A stretch of 64,000 bases of DNA, taken from assembly GCA_030152305.1 (NCBI GenBank), contig JASKOM010000001.1, positions 201,174 through 265,173 of the forward strand. The letters are read 5' to 3'. Positions 9,056 through 16,970 of this stretch are shown piece by piece. The translations under genes were made by a program, and so were the position numbers. The notes under the pieces were generated by a model, which was not told the origin of the DNA, searched no databases, and worked only from the letters and a program-made list of their open reading frames with translations. Within the stretch, counting starts at the first letter, position 1; every line of letters begins with the position of its first letter. The DNA is from Campylobacterota bacterium (lineage in GTDB: Bacteria; Campylobacterota; Campylobacteria; Campylobacterales; Thiovulaceae).

Positions 9056-11944
9056 ATGATACACAAAAAGATTCTCGAGCGGGAATTAAAAAATATAAAT
9101 GAAATTGAAGTTAGCAGTGCTTTTGCAGGTTTGGAAAAGTTTAAAAACTCAATCGAAAATATCAAAAAAGCAAAAGAAGAAAGTTATCAATACGGTTTTC
9201 TCGAAGACTTTTTTGTAAAAAGCTTAGGCTATATATTAAATCCGTCGCCAAATTATAATTTGACAACTGAATTTAAAAACGAAAGCAACAATAAAAAAGC
9301 TGACGGTTCGATTTTGATAAATGGCAAACCGATCGCTGTTATCGAATTAAAATCAGTTGCAACGAAATCAATGGATAAAATCGTTGATCAAGCATTTAGT
9401 TATAAAAACAACCATCCAAGTTGTCATTATGTTATAACTTCTAATTTTGAAAAAATGCGGTTTTATATCGAATATTCAAATGAATTTATAGAATTTGATT
9501 TGTTTAACTTGCGGTTCGAAGATTTCAAAAAGCTTTATTTGTTGGTTGGGCGAAATTCGATTTTGAACGATTTGCCGAAAAAATGGCGAGACGAATCGAA
9601 ATATAATCAGGTGAATATAGCGAACGAGTTTTATAAAAAATTCTCGAATTTGCGAACCAGACTTTTTGATGAAATTGCAAATATAAATAAAATCGAAAAA
9701 TTAGATGCTCTTTCGCTTTCTCAAAAGTTGCTCGATAGAGCTATTTTTATATTTTTCGCTGGTGATCGAGGTTTAATCGATTCGAAAACGGTTGATGATT
9801 TTATCGCGAGATTTAAAAATGATCTCGAAGGTCGCGATTTATATCATTTTGTCAAGCTTTTATTCAAAGCGATTGATATTGGAAATGCAAAAATTAGAAT
9901 TCCTCCATATAATGGTGGCTTGTTTGCAAATGACGAAATTCTCGATTCGTTGAAAATTAGCGATTCGCTTTTGTTGGAAATATTGAATTTATCGAGTTAC
10001 GATTTTGAAAGTGATATCGATGTTAATATTTTAGGGCATATTTTTGAAAATAGCCTTGATGAACTTGAGAAAATTCGCGAAGATTTAATCGGTGGAAAAT
10101 TTGATTCGAATCGTTCAAAACGAAAACGAGACGGCATTTTTTATACTCCTAATTATATAACTGAATTTATAGTTGAGAATTCAGTTGGTGCAATTTGTGA
10201 AAAGCGAAAAGCTGAACTCGAATTAATTAATTTTGAAGATGCAAGTGAAGAAAAAATAAAAAGCTATTTAGATTTTTTGACAAATTTGAAAATTGTTGAT
10301 CCTGCTTGTGGTTCGGGAGCATTTTTAAATATGGCTTTTAACTATTTATTTGTTGAATATAAACATTGTTATGATATTTTAAACAATTTTGCGATGAAAA
10401 AAGGCGATTTATTTTTGAGTTCTGATTTTGATGTTTCGATTCTCGAGAATAATTTGTTTGGTGTTGATTTGAATGCTGAAGCGGTTGAAATTGCGAAATT
10501 GTCGCTTTGGTTGAAAACGGCAAAACGAAACAGAAAATTAACTGATTTGAATAAAAATATAAAAGTTGGTAATTCACTTATAAGTCATTCTGAATCTCAA
10601 ACATTAAAACAAGTTACAAAAGCTTTTGATTGGCAAAATGAATTTCCTGATATTTTTGCAAAAGGCGGTTTTGATATCGTAATCGGAAATCCGCCGTATG
10701 GTGCAAATATTGAACACGAAAAGACATTTTTTGAAATTCAATCTGGCGAAAGTGCAATTTTATTTATGCAACTTGCTCGTCAATTGTTAAAAAATAATGG
10801 AATTGCTGGTTTTATTGTTCCAAAACCTTTTCTTTATTCTTCGAGTTGGGAAGAAATTAGATCTGTTTTGAAAGAAGAAATTTCTCATATTGTTGATTGT
10901 GGCAAAGTTTGGGATGAAGTAAAATTAGAACAGGTGATATATATTTCTCATAAGTTAAATAAAATTGATAATTATAAAAATTACCAATTGGAAGAAACAA
11001 AATTTAAAGAATTATCAACAGTAAAAAAAGACCTCATCGAAAAATTTGGATTTTTTGTAAATGGAGTTAATCAGAGAGAAATAGAAATTGCTTTGAAAAT
11101 TAAAAAGCAGTTAAATAATTTGTTTGATATTTCAGCTGAATGTAGTCGTGGCGGAGCATTTCAACATGCAATCAATTCAACTGGAGAAATTCAAGTTTTA
11201 GGCGGAATTAATTTAGCAAGATATGAAATTAAAGATGTCAAAGGTTTTATTTCTTCAGATTTTGAAATTTCAAATGATTCTTTTATTAAAGCTAATTCGA
11301 TATTAGTTCAGAGAATTATTGCTCATATTCAAAATCCAACTGATCACATTAAATTGATAGGAACAATTAGCGATAACTTAAATAATATTGCCATTGTGAA
11401 TACAATTTACCAAATCACATTTGATGAAAAATATTCTAATAAATATATTCTCGCTTTACTTCATTCAAATTTAATAAATTGGTTTATTTATCGTTTTGTA
11501 TTCGCAAAAGCTATTAGAACAATGGATTTATCGAATCATGTAATAAAACGAATCCCAATTCCTGAAATTTCAGAAAATGAACAAAAACCGTTCGTCGAGC
11601 GAGTTGATAAATTGGTTGAACTTTATGCTCAACTTCAGCAAACCAAAAACGAATTTCTCGAAACTCTCGAACTCGAAAAGATTCCGCAAAAACTTGATAA
11701 TTTTGCAAAACTCGAATTTGACGAATTCATCATCGAATTATCAAAAGCGAAAAAAATAAAATTGTCTGACAAAAAATTAGAACGGGAATTTAAAAAAAGC
11801 TGGAAAAATATATTCGACGAAGATAAATCAAAAGTTCAAAACCTGCTCTCGCAAATTTCAAAAATCGAACACGAAATCGATCGTGAAGTTTATAAACTTT
11901 ATGCTTTAAACGAAGATGAAATAAAAATCATCGAGAATATATAA
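9056..11944 (+). CDS. Type IIG restriction-modification enzyme (fused PD-(D/E)xK nuclease, N6-adenine methyltransferase and specificity region)
   Basis: 962 aa. Nuclease-like DGSILINGKPIAVIELKS, methyltransferase motif I VDPACGSGAFL, motif IV GNPPYG, and a C-terminal tail (VYKLYALNEDEIKIIENI) typical of Eco57I/MmeI-like and PglX-like enzymes. Confidence 0.85.
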   Translation: MIHKKILERELKNINEIEVSSAFAGLEKFKNSIENIKKAKEESYQYGFLEDFFVKSLGYILNPSPNYNLTTEFKNESNNKKADGSILINGKPIAVIELKSVATKSMDKIVDQAFSYKNNHPSCHYVITSNFEKMRFYIEYSNEFIEFDLFNLRFEDFKKLYLLVGRNSILNDLPKKWRDESKYNQVNIANEFYKKFSNLRTRLFDEIANINKIEKLDALSLSQKLLDRAIFIFFAGDRGLIDSKTVDDFIARFKNDLEGRDLYHFVKLLFKAIDIGNAKIRIPPYNGGLFANDEILDSLKISDSLLLEILNLSSYDFESDIDVNILGHIFENSLDELEKIREDLIGGKFDSNRSKRKRDGIFYTPNYITEFIVENSVGAICEKRKAELELINFEDASEEKIKSYLDFLTNLKIVDPACGSGAFLNMAFNYLFVEYKHCYDILNNFAMKKGDLFLSSDFDVSILENNLFGVDLNAEAVEIAKLSLWLKTAKRNRKLTDLNKNIKVGNSLISHSESQTLKQVTKAFDWQNEFPDIFAKGGFDIVIGNPPYGANIEHEKTFFEIQSGESAILFMQLARQLLKNNGIAGFIVPKPFLYSSSWEEIRSVLKEEISHIVDCGKVWDEVKLEQVIYISHKLNKIDNYKNYQLEETKFKELSTVKKDLIEKFGFFVNGVNQREIEIALKIKKQLNNLFDISAECSRGGAFQHAINSTGEIQVLGGINLARYEIKDVKGFISSDFEISNDSFIKANSILVQRIIAHIQNPTDHIKLIGTISDNLNNIAIVNTIYQITFDEKYSNKYILALLHSNLINWFIYRFVFAKAIRTMDLSNHVIKRIPIPEISENEQKPFVERVDKLVELYAQLQQTKNEFLETLELEKIPQKLDNFAKLEFDEFIIELSKAKKIKLSDKKLEREFKKSWKNIFDEDKSKVQNLLSQISKIEHEIDREVYKLYALNEDEIKIIENI
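11631..11944 (+). repeat. copy 1 of a 314-bp direct repeat (3' end of the Type IIG gene)
   Basis: Aligns without gaps to 14265-14578 (offset 2634). About 5 mismatches in the first roughly 270 bp by hand alignment; the last roughly 45 bp are clearly diverged. Confidence 0.9.
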
Positions 11945-11963
11945 AATTCTTAAGTTTTCTTTT

Positions 11964-12030
11964 CTTCGATGATGTTTAGTTTTTATTAATTAAAACCTCA
12001 TCGGGGAATTTGGGATAGAATTACAGCAAA
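11964..12030. repeat. junction repeat copy a (imperfect GATGATGT/ACCTCATC hairpin plus G/A-rich tail)
   Basis: ttcgatgatgtttagtttttattaattaaaacctcatcggggaatttgggataga. Homologous to 14158-14230 and more loosely to 30731-30822. Probably the terminator of the Type IIG gene. Confidence 0.55.
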
Positions 12031-12052
12031 ATATAACTAGCAAGATAAAAAT

Positions 12053-12580
12053 ATGAGACAAGAAAAAATTAATTATATACAAGCAGTTGTAACAGAAATA
12101 AGAAAGTATTTTCAATTAAAAGATTTTTTATCAAGAGAAGATTTAACTAATTTAGTGGAAAAATTAGAAGGTAGTTTAGAATTTCAATTTGACTTAGATG
12201 TTGATGCTAAAATAGAAAGAATAGATAAAAATTTTAAGATTACTATTAAACCGTCTAACTTAGCATTAAGAGACAACTTTAGTATAGCTCATGAGTTGGG
12301 GCATTTATTTTTACATATGGGTTATCTAATAGATAATAACATGTGGATGAACTCTAAGCTTAGATATGATCGTTTTGGTTATTCTCAAGAAGAATTTGAA
12401 GCAAATGAGTTTGCAGGTAATTTACTTATGCAAGAACATTTGTTTATTAAAGAATTTAGAAACAATTATGACTCTAAACAGCAAGTAGTTAATCTAAAAA
12501 AAATGAGCAAAATATTTAATGTTTCTCCAAAAGCAATTGAAGTTCGTGCCAAAAATATAGGTTTGATTAAACAGTGTTAG
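12053..12580 (+). CDS. ImmA/IrrE-family (COG2856-like) zinc metallopeptidase
   Basis: 175 aa. HEXXH in SIAHELGHLFLH, followed by the family-typical EEFEANEFAGNLLM. The stop overlaps the GTG start of the next ORF (gtgttag). Confidence 0.75.
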   Translation: MRQEKINYIQAVVTEIRKYFQLKDFLSREDLTNLVEKLEGSLEFQFDLDVDAKIERIDKNFKITIKPSNLALRDNFSIAHELGHLFLHMGYLIDNNMWMNSKLRYDRFGYSQEEFEANEFAGNLLMQEHLFIKEFRNNYDSKQQVVNLKKMSKIFNVSPKAIEVRAKNIGLIKQC

Positions 12581-13200
12581 AAGATTTAAGCAATAACTTA
12601 CAAACTGTCAATCGAGAACATACTAATAAAGATGAGTCTGGAGTATTCGTATTTTTCTCTTTTGATCTTGTTAATTCAACACTGTTTAAAACATTACATC
12701 AAAATAATTGGTTTGTTTTTATTAAAGAATTTTATGATTCCATCATATCTATTCGAAAACATGAACCTACCATTACATTATGGAAATATGTTGGTGATGA
12801 GGTCTTATTTTATAAAAAAATATTAGACAAAAACGAAATTTATAATTTATTATTAAAAACTAGAGAAATCATAGATTATACAGAGCGAAAACTACAAGAA
12901 ATTGATCTTATAGAACAAGAATCAAATAAATGTAAAACAAATTTAGATATAAAACTATATGTCAAAGCAACTTTATGGATTGCAAAAGCTTCAAAAAATG
13001 TAAAAGGATCAAAAAATATTGTTATTGATACTGAAAAAGGTCTTGATTTTATAGGAGAAGATATTGATTTAGGCTTTAGAATATCTAAATATTCATTTGA
13101 TTCAAAAATAGTTCTTGATGCAATAATCACTTATATGCTGATCAAACAGGAACATGAAATAAAAAAGAAATATCATATATCAATAAGGCACATATATTAA
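12574..13200 (+). CDS. class III nucleotidyl-cyclase-like domain protein (5' part of a frameshifted gene)
   Basis: 208 aa. FFSFDLVNST matches the FaDivGfT metal-Asp strand, WKYVGDEVLFY matches the K-x-iGD strand, and FIGEDIDLGFRISKYSFDSKIVL matches the G-x-x-VN-x-A-x-R segment. The final cyclase strands continue in the +1 frame from 13187. Confidence 0.5.
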   Translation: MLEDLSNNLQTVNREHTNKDESGVFVFFSFDLVNSTLFKTLHQNNWFVFIKEFYDSIISIRKHEPTITLWKYVGDEVLFYKKILDKNEIYNLLLKTREIIDYTERKLQEIDLIEQESNKCKTNLDIKLYVKATLWIAKASKNVKGSKNIVIDTEKGLDFIGEDIDLGFRISKYSFDSKIVLDAIITYMLIKQEHEIKKKYHISIRHIY

Positions 13201-13288
13201 AATCGTTTCATTTGAAGAGTTAAAAGGTGTTTGGAACAGTAGAAAATATCCCATCATTTGGTATGACGAATCGTGGGATATTCAAAAG

Positions 13289-13900
13289 ATGTTTAAATAT
13301 GATGATAGATTTAATAATAAAATCGTTGAAAATATTATAAATGGTTCTTTTTCTAAATATTCAAATATTATAGATTTAGAGCATATTTTAAAAGATTTAA
13401 ATAAGCTTGATTTAGTTCAAGATTTAGAATTAACAATTAAGAATACTAAAAAGACAAAACCTATTTTAGAAAAGAAATTATCAGAAATACATTGTGTAGC
13501 TATCAGCTTCTATGAAACAAAAGTATTAATTGGTAAACGAAAAGCAAATAAAGAACTATTGCCAAATGTATGGGATTTTGGTTGTGCAAAAATGGGATTT
13601 AAGGATACATTTCAAGATGCAATAAAACGAGATTATAAAACGGATTTCAATGTAGATTTAATTTTAGAAGAAAATGATTTAACACCTATTGCAACATATA
13701 CAATAGAAAAATCTTCTGTTTCTGGTGTAATATTTGTGGCTAAAATTCATGACATTAGTATATTAAAATCTAATAAACATAGTGAATCTAAAATGTTAGA
13801 TATTGCTGAAGTTAAAGATTTCATAAATAATAATGAAACTATTCCAAATTTTGAATCTACTATAAATAAAGCATACGAATTATTCATAAAAAAATTTTAA
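13289..13900 (+). CDS. 3' part of the same gene: end of the cyclase domain, linker, and a degenerate Nudix-like domain
   Basis: This frame is already open from 13187 (GTYIKIVSFEELKGVWNSRKYPIIWYDESW...). The C-terminal VLIGKRKANKELLPNVWDFGCAKMGFKDTFQDAIKRDYKTDFNV follows the Nudix layout, but the Nudix-box glutamates are largely replaced (RDYKTD instead of RExxEE). Confidence 0.4.
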   Translation: MFKYDDRFNNKIVENIINGSFSKYSNIIDLEHILKDLNKLDLVQDLELTIKNTKKTKPILEKKLSEIHCVAISFYETKVLIGKRKANKELLPNVWDFGCAKMGFKDTFQDAIKRDYKTDFNVDLILEENDLTPIATYTIEKSSVSGVIFVAKIHDISILKSNKHSESKMLDIAEVKDFINNNETIPNFESTINKAYELFIKKF

Positions 13901-14157
13901 TTTAAAAATTAAATAGAGATAAATCAGATGTTATCAGAGAATTAATTGAAGAATTTGCTAAAACATCAGAATTTAATAGCTTTATTGAGCATATTGAAAA
14001 GTGGTTGTTAAACCGAAAAGAAGCTTTAAAACTTTAATCTCCAAAAATATTAAAATTAAATTAACATAAGAAATTTGTCATTTTAAAGAATTAAAAATTA
14101 TTGATTATTCTTGGCTAAATCGCTGAAATTTGGCATTACGGCATATATTTTTTATTT

Positions 14158-14230
14158 ATTCGATGAGGTCTAGTTTTTATGAAATCTCATCGAAGAGAAT
14201 TTGAGATTTGAGAGTAGCGAAGTTTTATAG
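14158..14230. repeat. junction repeat copy b (GATGAGGT / ATCTCATC hairpin plus GAGAATTTGAGATTTGAGAG tail)
   Basis: ttcgatgaggtctagtttttatgaaatctcatcgaagagaatttgagatttgagagtagcgaagtt. Homologous to copy a and to 30731-30822. Confidence 0.55.
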
Positions 14231-14264
14231 TTTGTAAAAAAGACTGTTCTAAATTTAAATTATA

Positions 14265-14578
14265 AAGTTCAGCAAACCAAAAACGAATTTCTCGAAACTC
14301 TCGAACTCGAAAAGATTCCGCAAAAACTTGATAATTTTGCAAAACTCGAATTTGACGAATTTATCATCGAATTATCAAAAGCGAAAAAACTAAAATTGTC
14401 TGACAAAAAATTAGAACGGGAATTTAAAAAAAGCTGGAAAAATATATTCGACGAAGATAAATCAAAAGTTCAAAATCTGCTCTCACAAATTTCAAAAATC
14501 GAACACGAAATCGATCGTGAAGTTTATAAACTTTATGGCTTAACTCGAAATGAAATAGAAATCGTGGAGAAAATATAA
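14265..14578 (+). pseudogene. orphan 3' fragment of a Type IIG RM gene (copy 2 of the 314-bp direct repeat)
   Basis: In-frame translation is ...QQTKNEFLETLELEKIPQKLDNFAKLEFDEFIIELSKAKKLKLSDKKLEREFKK...VYKLYGLTRNEIEIVEKI*. It has no upstream methyltransferase or nuclease part. The track ORF 14396-14578 is its tail. Confidence 0.85.
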
Positions 14579-14664
14579 AAAGCTAAATCGCAACTTACAA
14601 ATCATAATTCTTAGATCCCGAAACAAGCTCCAGTAACTTGTTTCTTGATTGTTGTTTTTTTTAA

Positions 14665-15276
14665 TTAAATATTCGATAAATAATAACTTATTGATGTTTT
14701 TCCAAATTTTTTTGTTTTAATTAAATTTAAATTTCCAAGTTGCAGATTAGGATTATAACTTGACATGTGTTCTAATATAATAATATTAAAATTATTATTA
14801 TTTTTTAATAAAAGTTCTATTTTATTATAAATATTTGTCATACCATCGCGAATAGCAAATGGTGGATCGATATATAAAATATAATTTGACGACAATGTAT
14901 TTTTAGCAAGTTTTTTTAAATTCTCAAAACTATCACCAGCGATTATTTCAAGATTATTTTGTGTAATTTCATGTGATAAAAAAAGTTCTCGATTTTTATG
15001 TAAAGTATAAAGTGCCTCTTTGTTTATTTCAAAGAATATTATTTTTTCGGCTCCTCGAGAAAGAGCTTCGAATCCAATAGAACCACTTCCAGCAAACAGT
15101 TCTACAAAAGTAGAACCTCTAATTTCGATTTGAAGCGAATCAAAAATAGAATCTCTAACTATTGATTTCGAAGGTCTCGTTTTATCAGTTTGTGGCAATA
15201 AAATTTTCTTGCCTTTATATTTACCACCGCTAATTAATATAAACAATTGTTTATCTGTTTTTTGATTATTTTTCAA
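14665..15276 (-). CDS. rsmD: 16S rRNA (guanine966-N2)-methyltransferase RsmD
   Basis: 203 aa. SAM motif ELFAGSGSIGFEALSRGA and catalytic DPPF (YIDPPFA). Confidence 0.8.
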   Translation of the reverse strand: MKNNQKTDKQLFILISGGKYKGKKILLPQTDKTRPSKSIVRDSIFDSLQIEIRGSTFVELFAGSGSIGFEALSRGAEKIIFFEINKEALYTLHKNRELFLSHEITQNNLEIIAGDSFENLKKLAKNTLSSNYILYIDPPFAIRDGMTNIYNKIELLLKNNNNFNIIILEHMSSYNPNLQLGNLNLIKTKKFGKTSISYYLSNI

Positions 15277-15598
15277 GCATTCTCCTGATTTTAATTTCTA
15301 AACTTGAATTATGTTCAGAAATTAATTTTAATATTTCAGATTCTATTATATTATTATCTTTTATTATAGGAGTTATGTTTTTATTTTTTAACATATTTTC
15401 CAATTGTTTAATTTGTTCAATAATTTTTTCAAAATCCAAATTTAATGTAAAATCGATAAAAATAATATTATTACCTGATAAATTTTTGCGATCTGTAATA
15501 ATAATTTGCGAAGAATTTTCATTAAAATAAATAAAGTCTTTTAATTTAATTTCTAAGATTCGTTGAGTTAAAGGTGAATAACAATCAATAATAATCAT
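15266..15598 (-). CDS. hypothetical protein
   Basis: 110-aa ORF overlapping the rsmD start by 11 nt. No recognisable motif. Confidence 0.4.
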   Translation of the reverse strand: MIIIDCYSPLTQRILEIKLKDFIYFNENSSQIIITDRKNLSGNNIIFIDFTLNLDFEKIIEQIKQLENMLKNKNITPIIKDNNIIESEILKLISEHNSSLEIKIRRMLEK

Positions 15599-15617
15599 AA
15601 ATTACTTCTTATTTAAT

Positions 15618-16100
15618 TTATTTTGAACTTCGAACACAACGAACATAATGAGTTGCATTTGTATAAGAAAAGTCATCATATCCAGCTTCAAAATCGATAA
15701 ACCAAGCTTCATCTTCTTCATTTTTGGCAGTTGCAGCATGATCAGAAAGACTCCAATAGTCGCCTTCGTTACCCATATTATGTTTTAATTTAATTTTTAT
15801 AAAAAACCTACCATTTTTAGATTTTTCATTTTTTAAGAACCATTTGTTCCAATTGGCATTATATTCGCCAAACATTGGCACATTTGAAGTAGTTCTTAAT
15901 TGTGTTGTTGATGGTAGCCACCAATCATCAAAACCATTTAACATTAAAGTATCGCAATAGCTATTAGCCTCTTTCCAGTTATATTCTTTCATGATATTAA
16001 CATCACTTTTTATTTCCCACATAAGTCCTGTGTCATCATCAGTCCAAACGGCTGAAAACAGCCATTGAACACAAGTCAATAAAAATACTAAAAACTTCAA
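15618..16100 (-). CDS. secreted DUF1566-like (Lcl C-terminal-like) domain protein
   Basis: 160 aa. Signal peptide (MKFLVFLLTCVQWLFSA), then WTDDDTGLMWE...WWLPSTTQL...YWS...YVRCVR, the pattern of DUF1566 proteins. Confidence 0.55.
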   Translation of the reverse strand: MKFLVFLLTCVQWLFSAVWTDDDTGLMWEIKSDVNIMKEYNWKEANSYCDTLMLNGFDDWWLPSTTQLRTTSNVPMFGEYNANWNKWFLKNEKSKNGRFFIKIKLKHNMGNEGDYWSLSDHAATAKNEEDEAWFIDFEAGYDDFSYTNATHYVRCVRSSK

Positions 16101-16115
16101 GGTATATTTAAATAT

Positions 16116-16949
16116 TTAAGATAAAAGTTTTAAAGTGGCTAGAGCTAATTTATAAATTGGTTCGTCTATAAATCCATATTTTTCATGAGAAAAGCCATGA
16201 ACTCCTTGCTTAACCATTGATTCATATATTTCTACAATATCTCGAGATCTTTCAAACTCATAATCATTAATTACAAAAGTTTTAAAAATTTCTGATACTT
16301 GAGTTGTAGAAATTGCACCTTTTGCTAAATATCCCATTCTTTTTTCTAGATTTAACCATTTAGTAAAAAGTTCTGTATTTTTATAATCTTGAAAAACTGG
16401 AGCAACTGGAAAAGCGCCGAGAGCATTACTTTGAAATAAAAAATGAGATAAAACATATTGAACAGTTGGGTTATCTGGATGAATTAATTCATGTCTGAAA
16501 CCCAAATCAGCAAACAAATCCAAAATGCCCAAATAAAAAACAGTAACTCGTTCATTAATTTTTAAATTATTTAATTCTAGCCATGCTAAACGAGTTTCTA
16601 TCGATAAATGAATATCTATATTTGGCTTTGAAGCTGATAGGGCCATTGCGACATCGCCTTTGTTTCTAACTTTTGGAATTCGATAGGCATCTGGTTTAAA
16701 CGAATTAAATTTTAATATTTCTTCGATTCCACCTTCAAACAAAGGACGAGTTCTAATTATTAACATGCGAGGATCTTTTCTTGGTTCTGATAAAAATTTC
16801 TCAAGATTTTCAACGGCTTTTTTATAATCACTGACACCATCTTCTAAATTTAAAATAACAGAATCAGTCATTATTTCCCAAATCTTCGAAACATGTTTAT
16901 CATTATCCATAGAAACCATTAAAGGAGCTAACGGAAATTTATTTCTCAT
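16116..16949 (-). CDS. HpcH/HpaI aldolase / citrate-lyase beta (CitE)-like protein
   Basis: 277 aa. LNLEDGV matches the CitE DLEDaV motif; the YRIPKV, SIET...L and FYLGILDLFADLG segments follow in CitE order. Confidence 0.5.
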   Translation of the reverse strand: MRNKFPLAPLMVSMDNDKHVSKIWEIMTDSVILNLEDGVSDYKKAVENLEKFLSEPRKDPRMLIIRTRPLFEGGIEEILKFNSFKPDAYRIPKVRNKGDVAMALSASKPNIDIHLSIETRLAWLELNNLKINERVTVFYLGILDLFADLGFRHELIHPDNPTVQYVLSHFLFQSNALGAFPVAPVFQDYKNTELFTKWLNLEKRMGYLAKGAISTTQVSEIFKTFVINDYEFERSRDIVEIYESMVKQGVHGFSHEKYGFIDEPIYKLALATLKLLS

Positions 16950-16970
16950 TTTATTCTTTCTTTAAATATA

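Noticed and set aside
13906-14037. Start-less ORF tail ...DKSDVIRELIEEFAKTSEFNSFIEHIEKWLLNRKEALKL*, downstream of the cyclase gene.
   Set aside because: It may be a relic of a lost gene, but it has no start codon and no recognisable motif, and it is only about 43 codons. Not reported as a feature.
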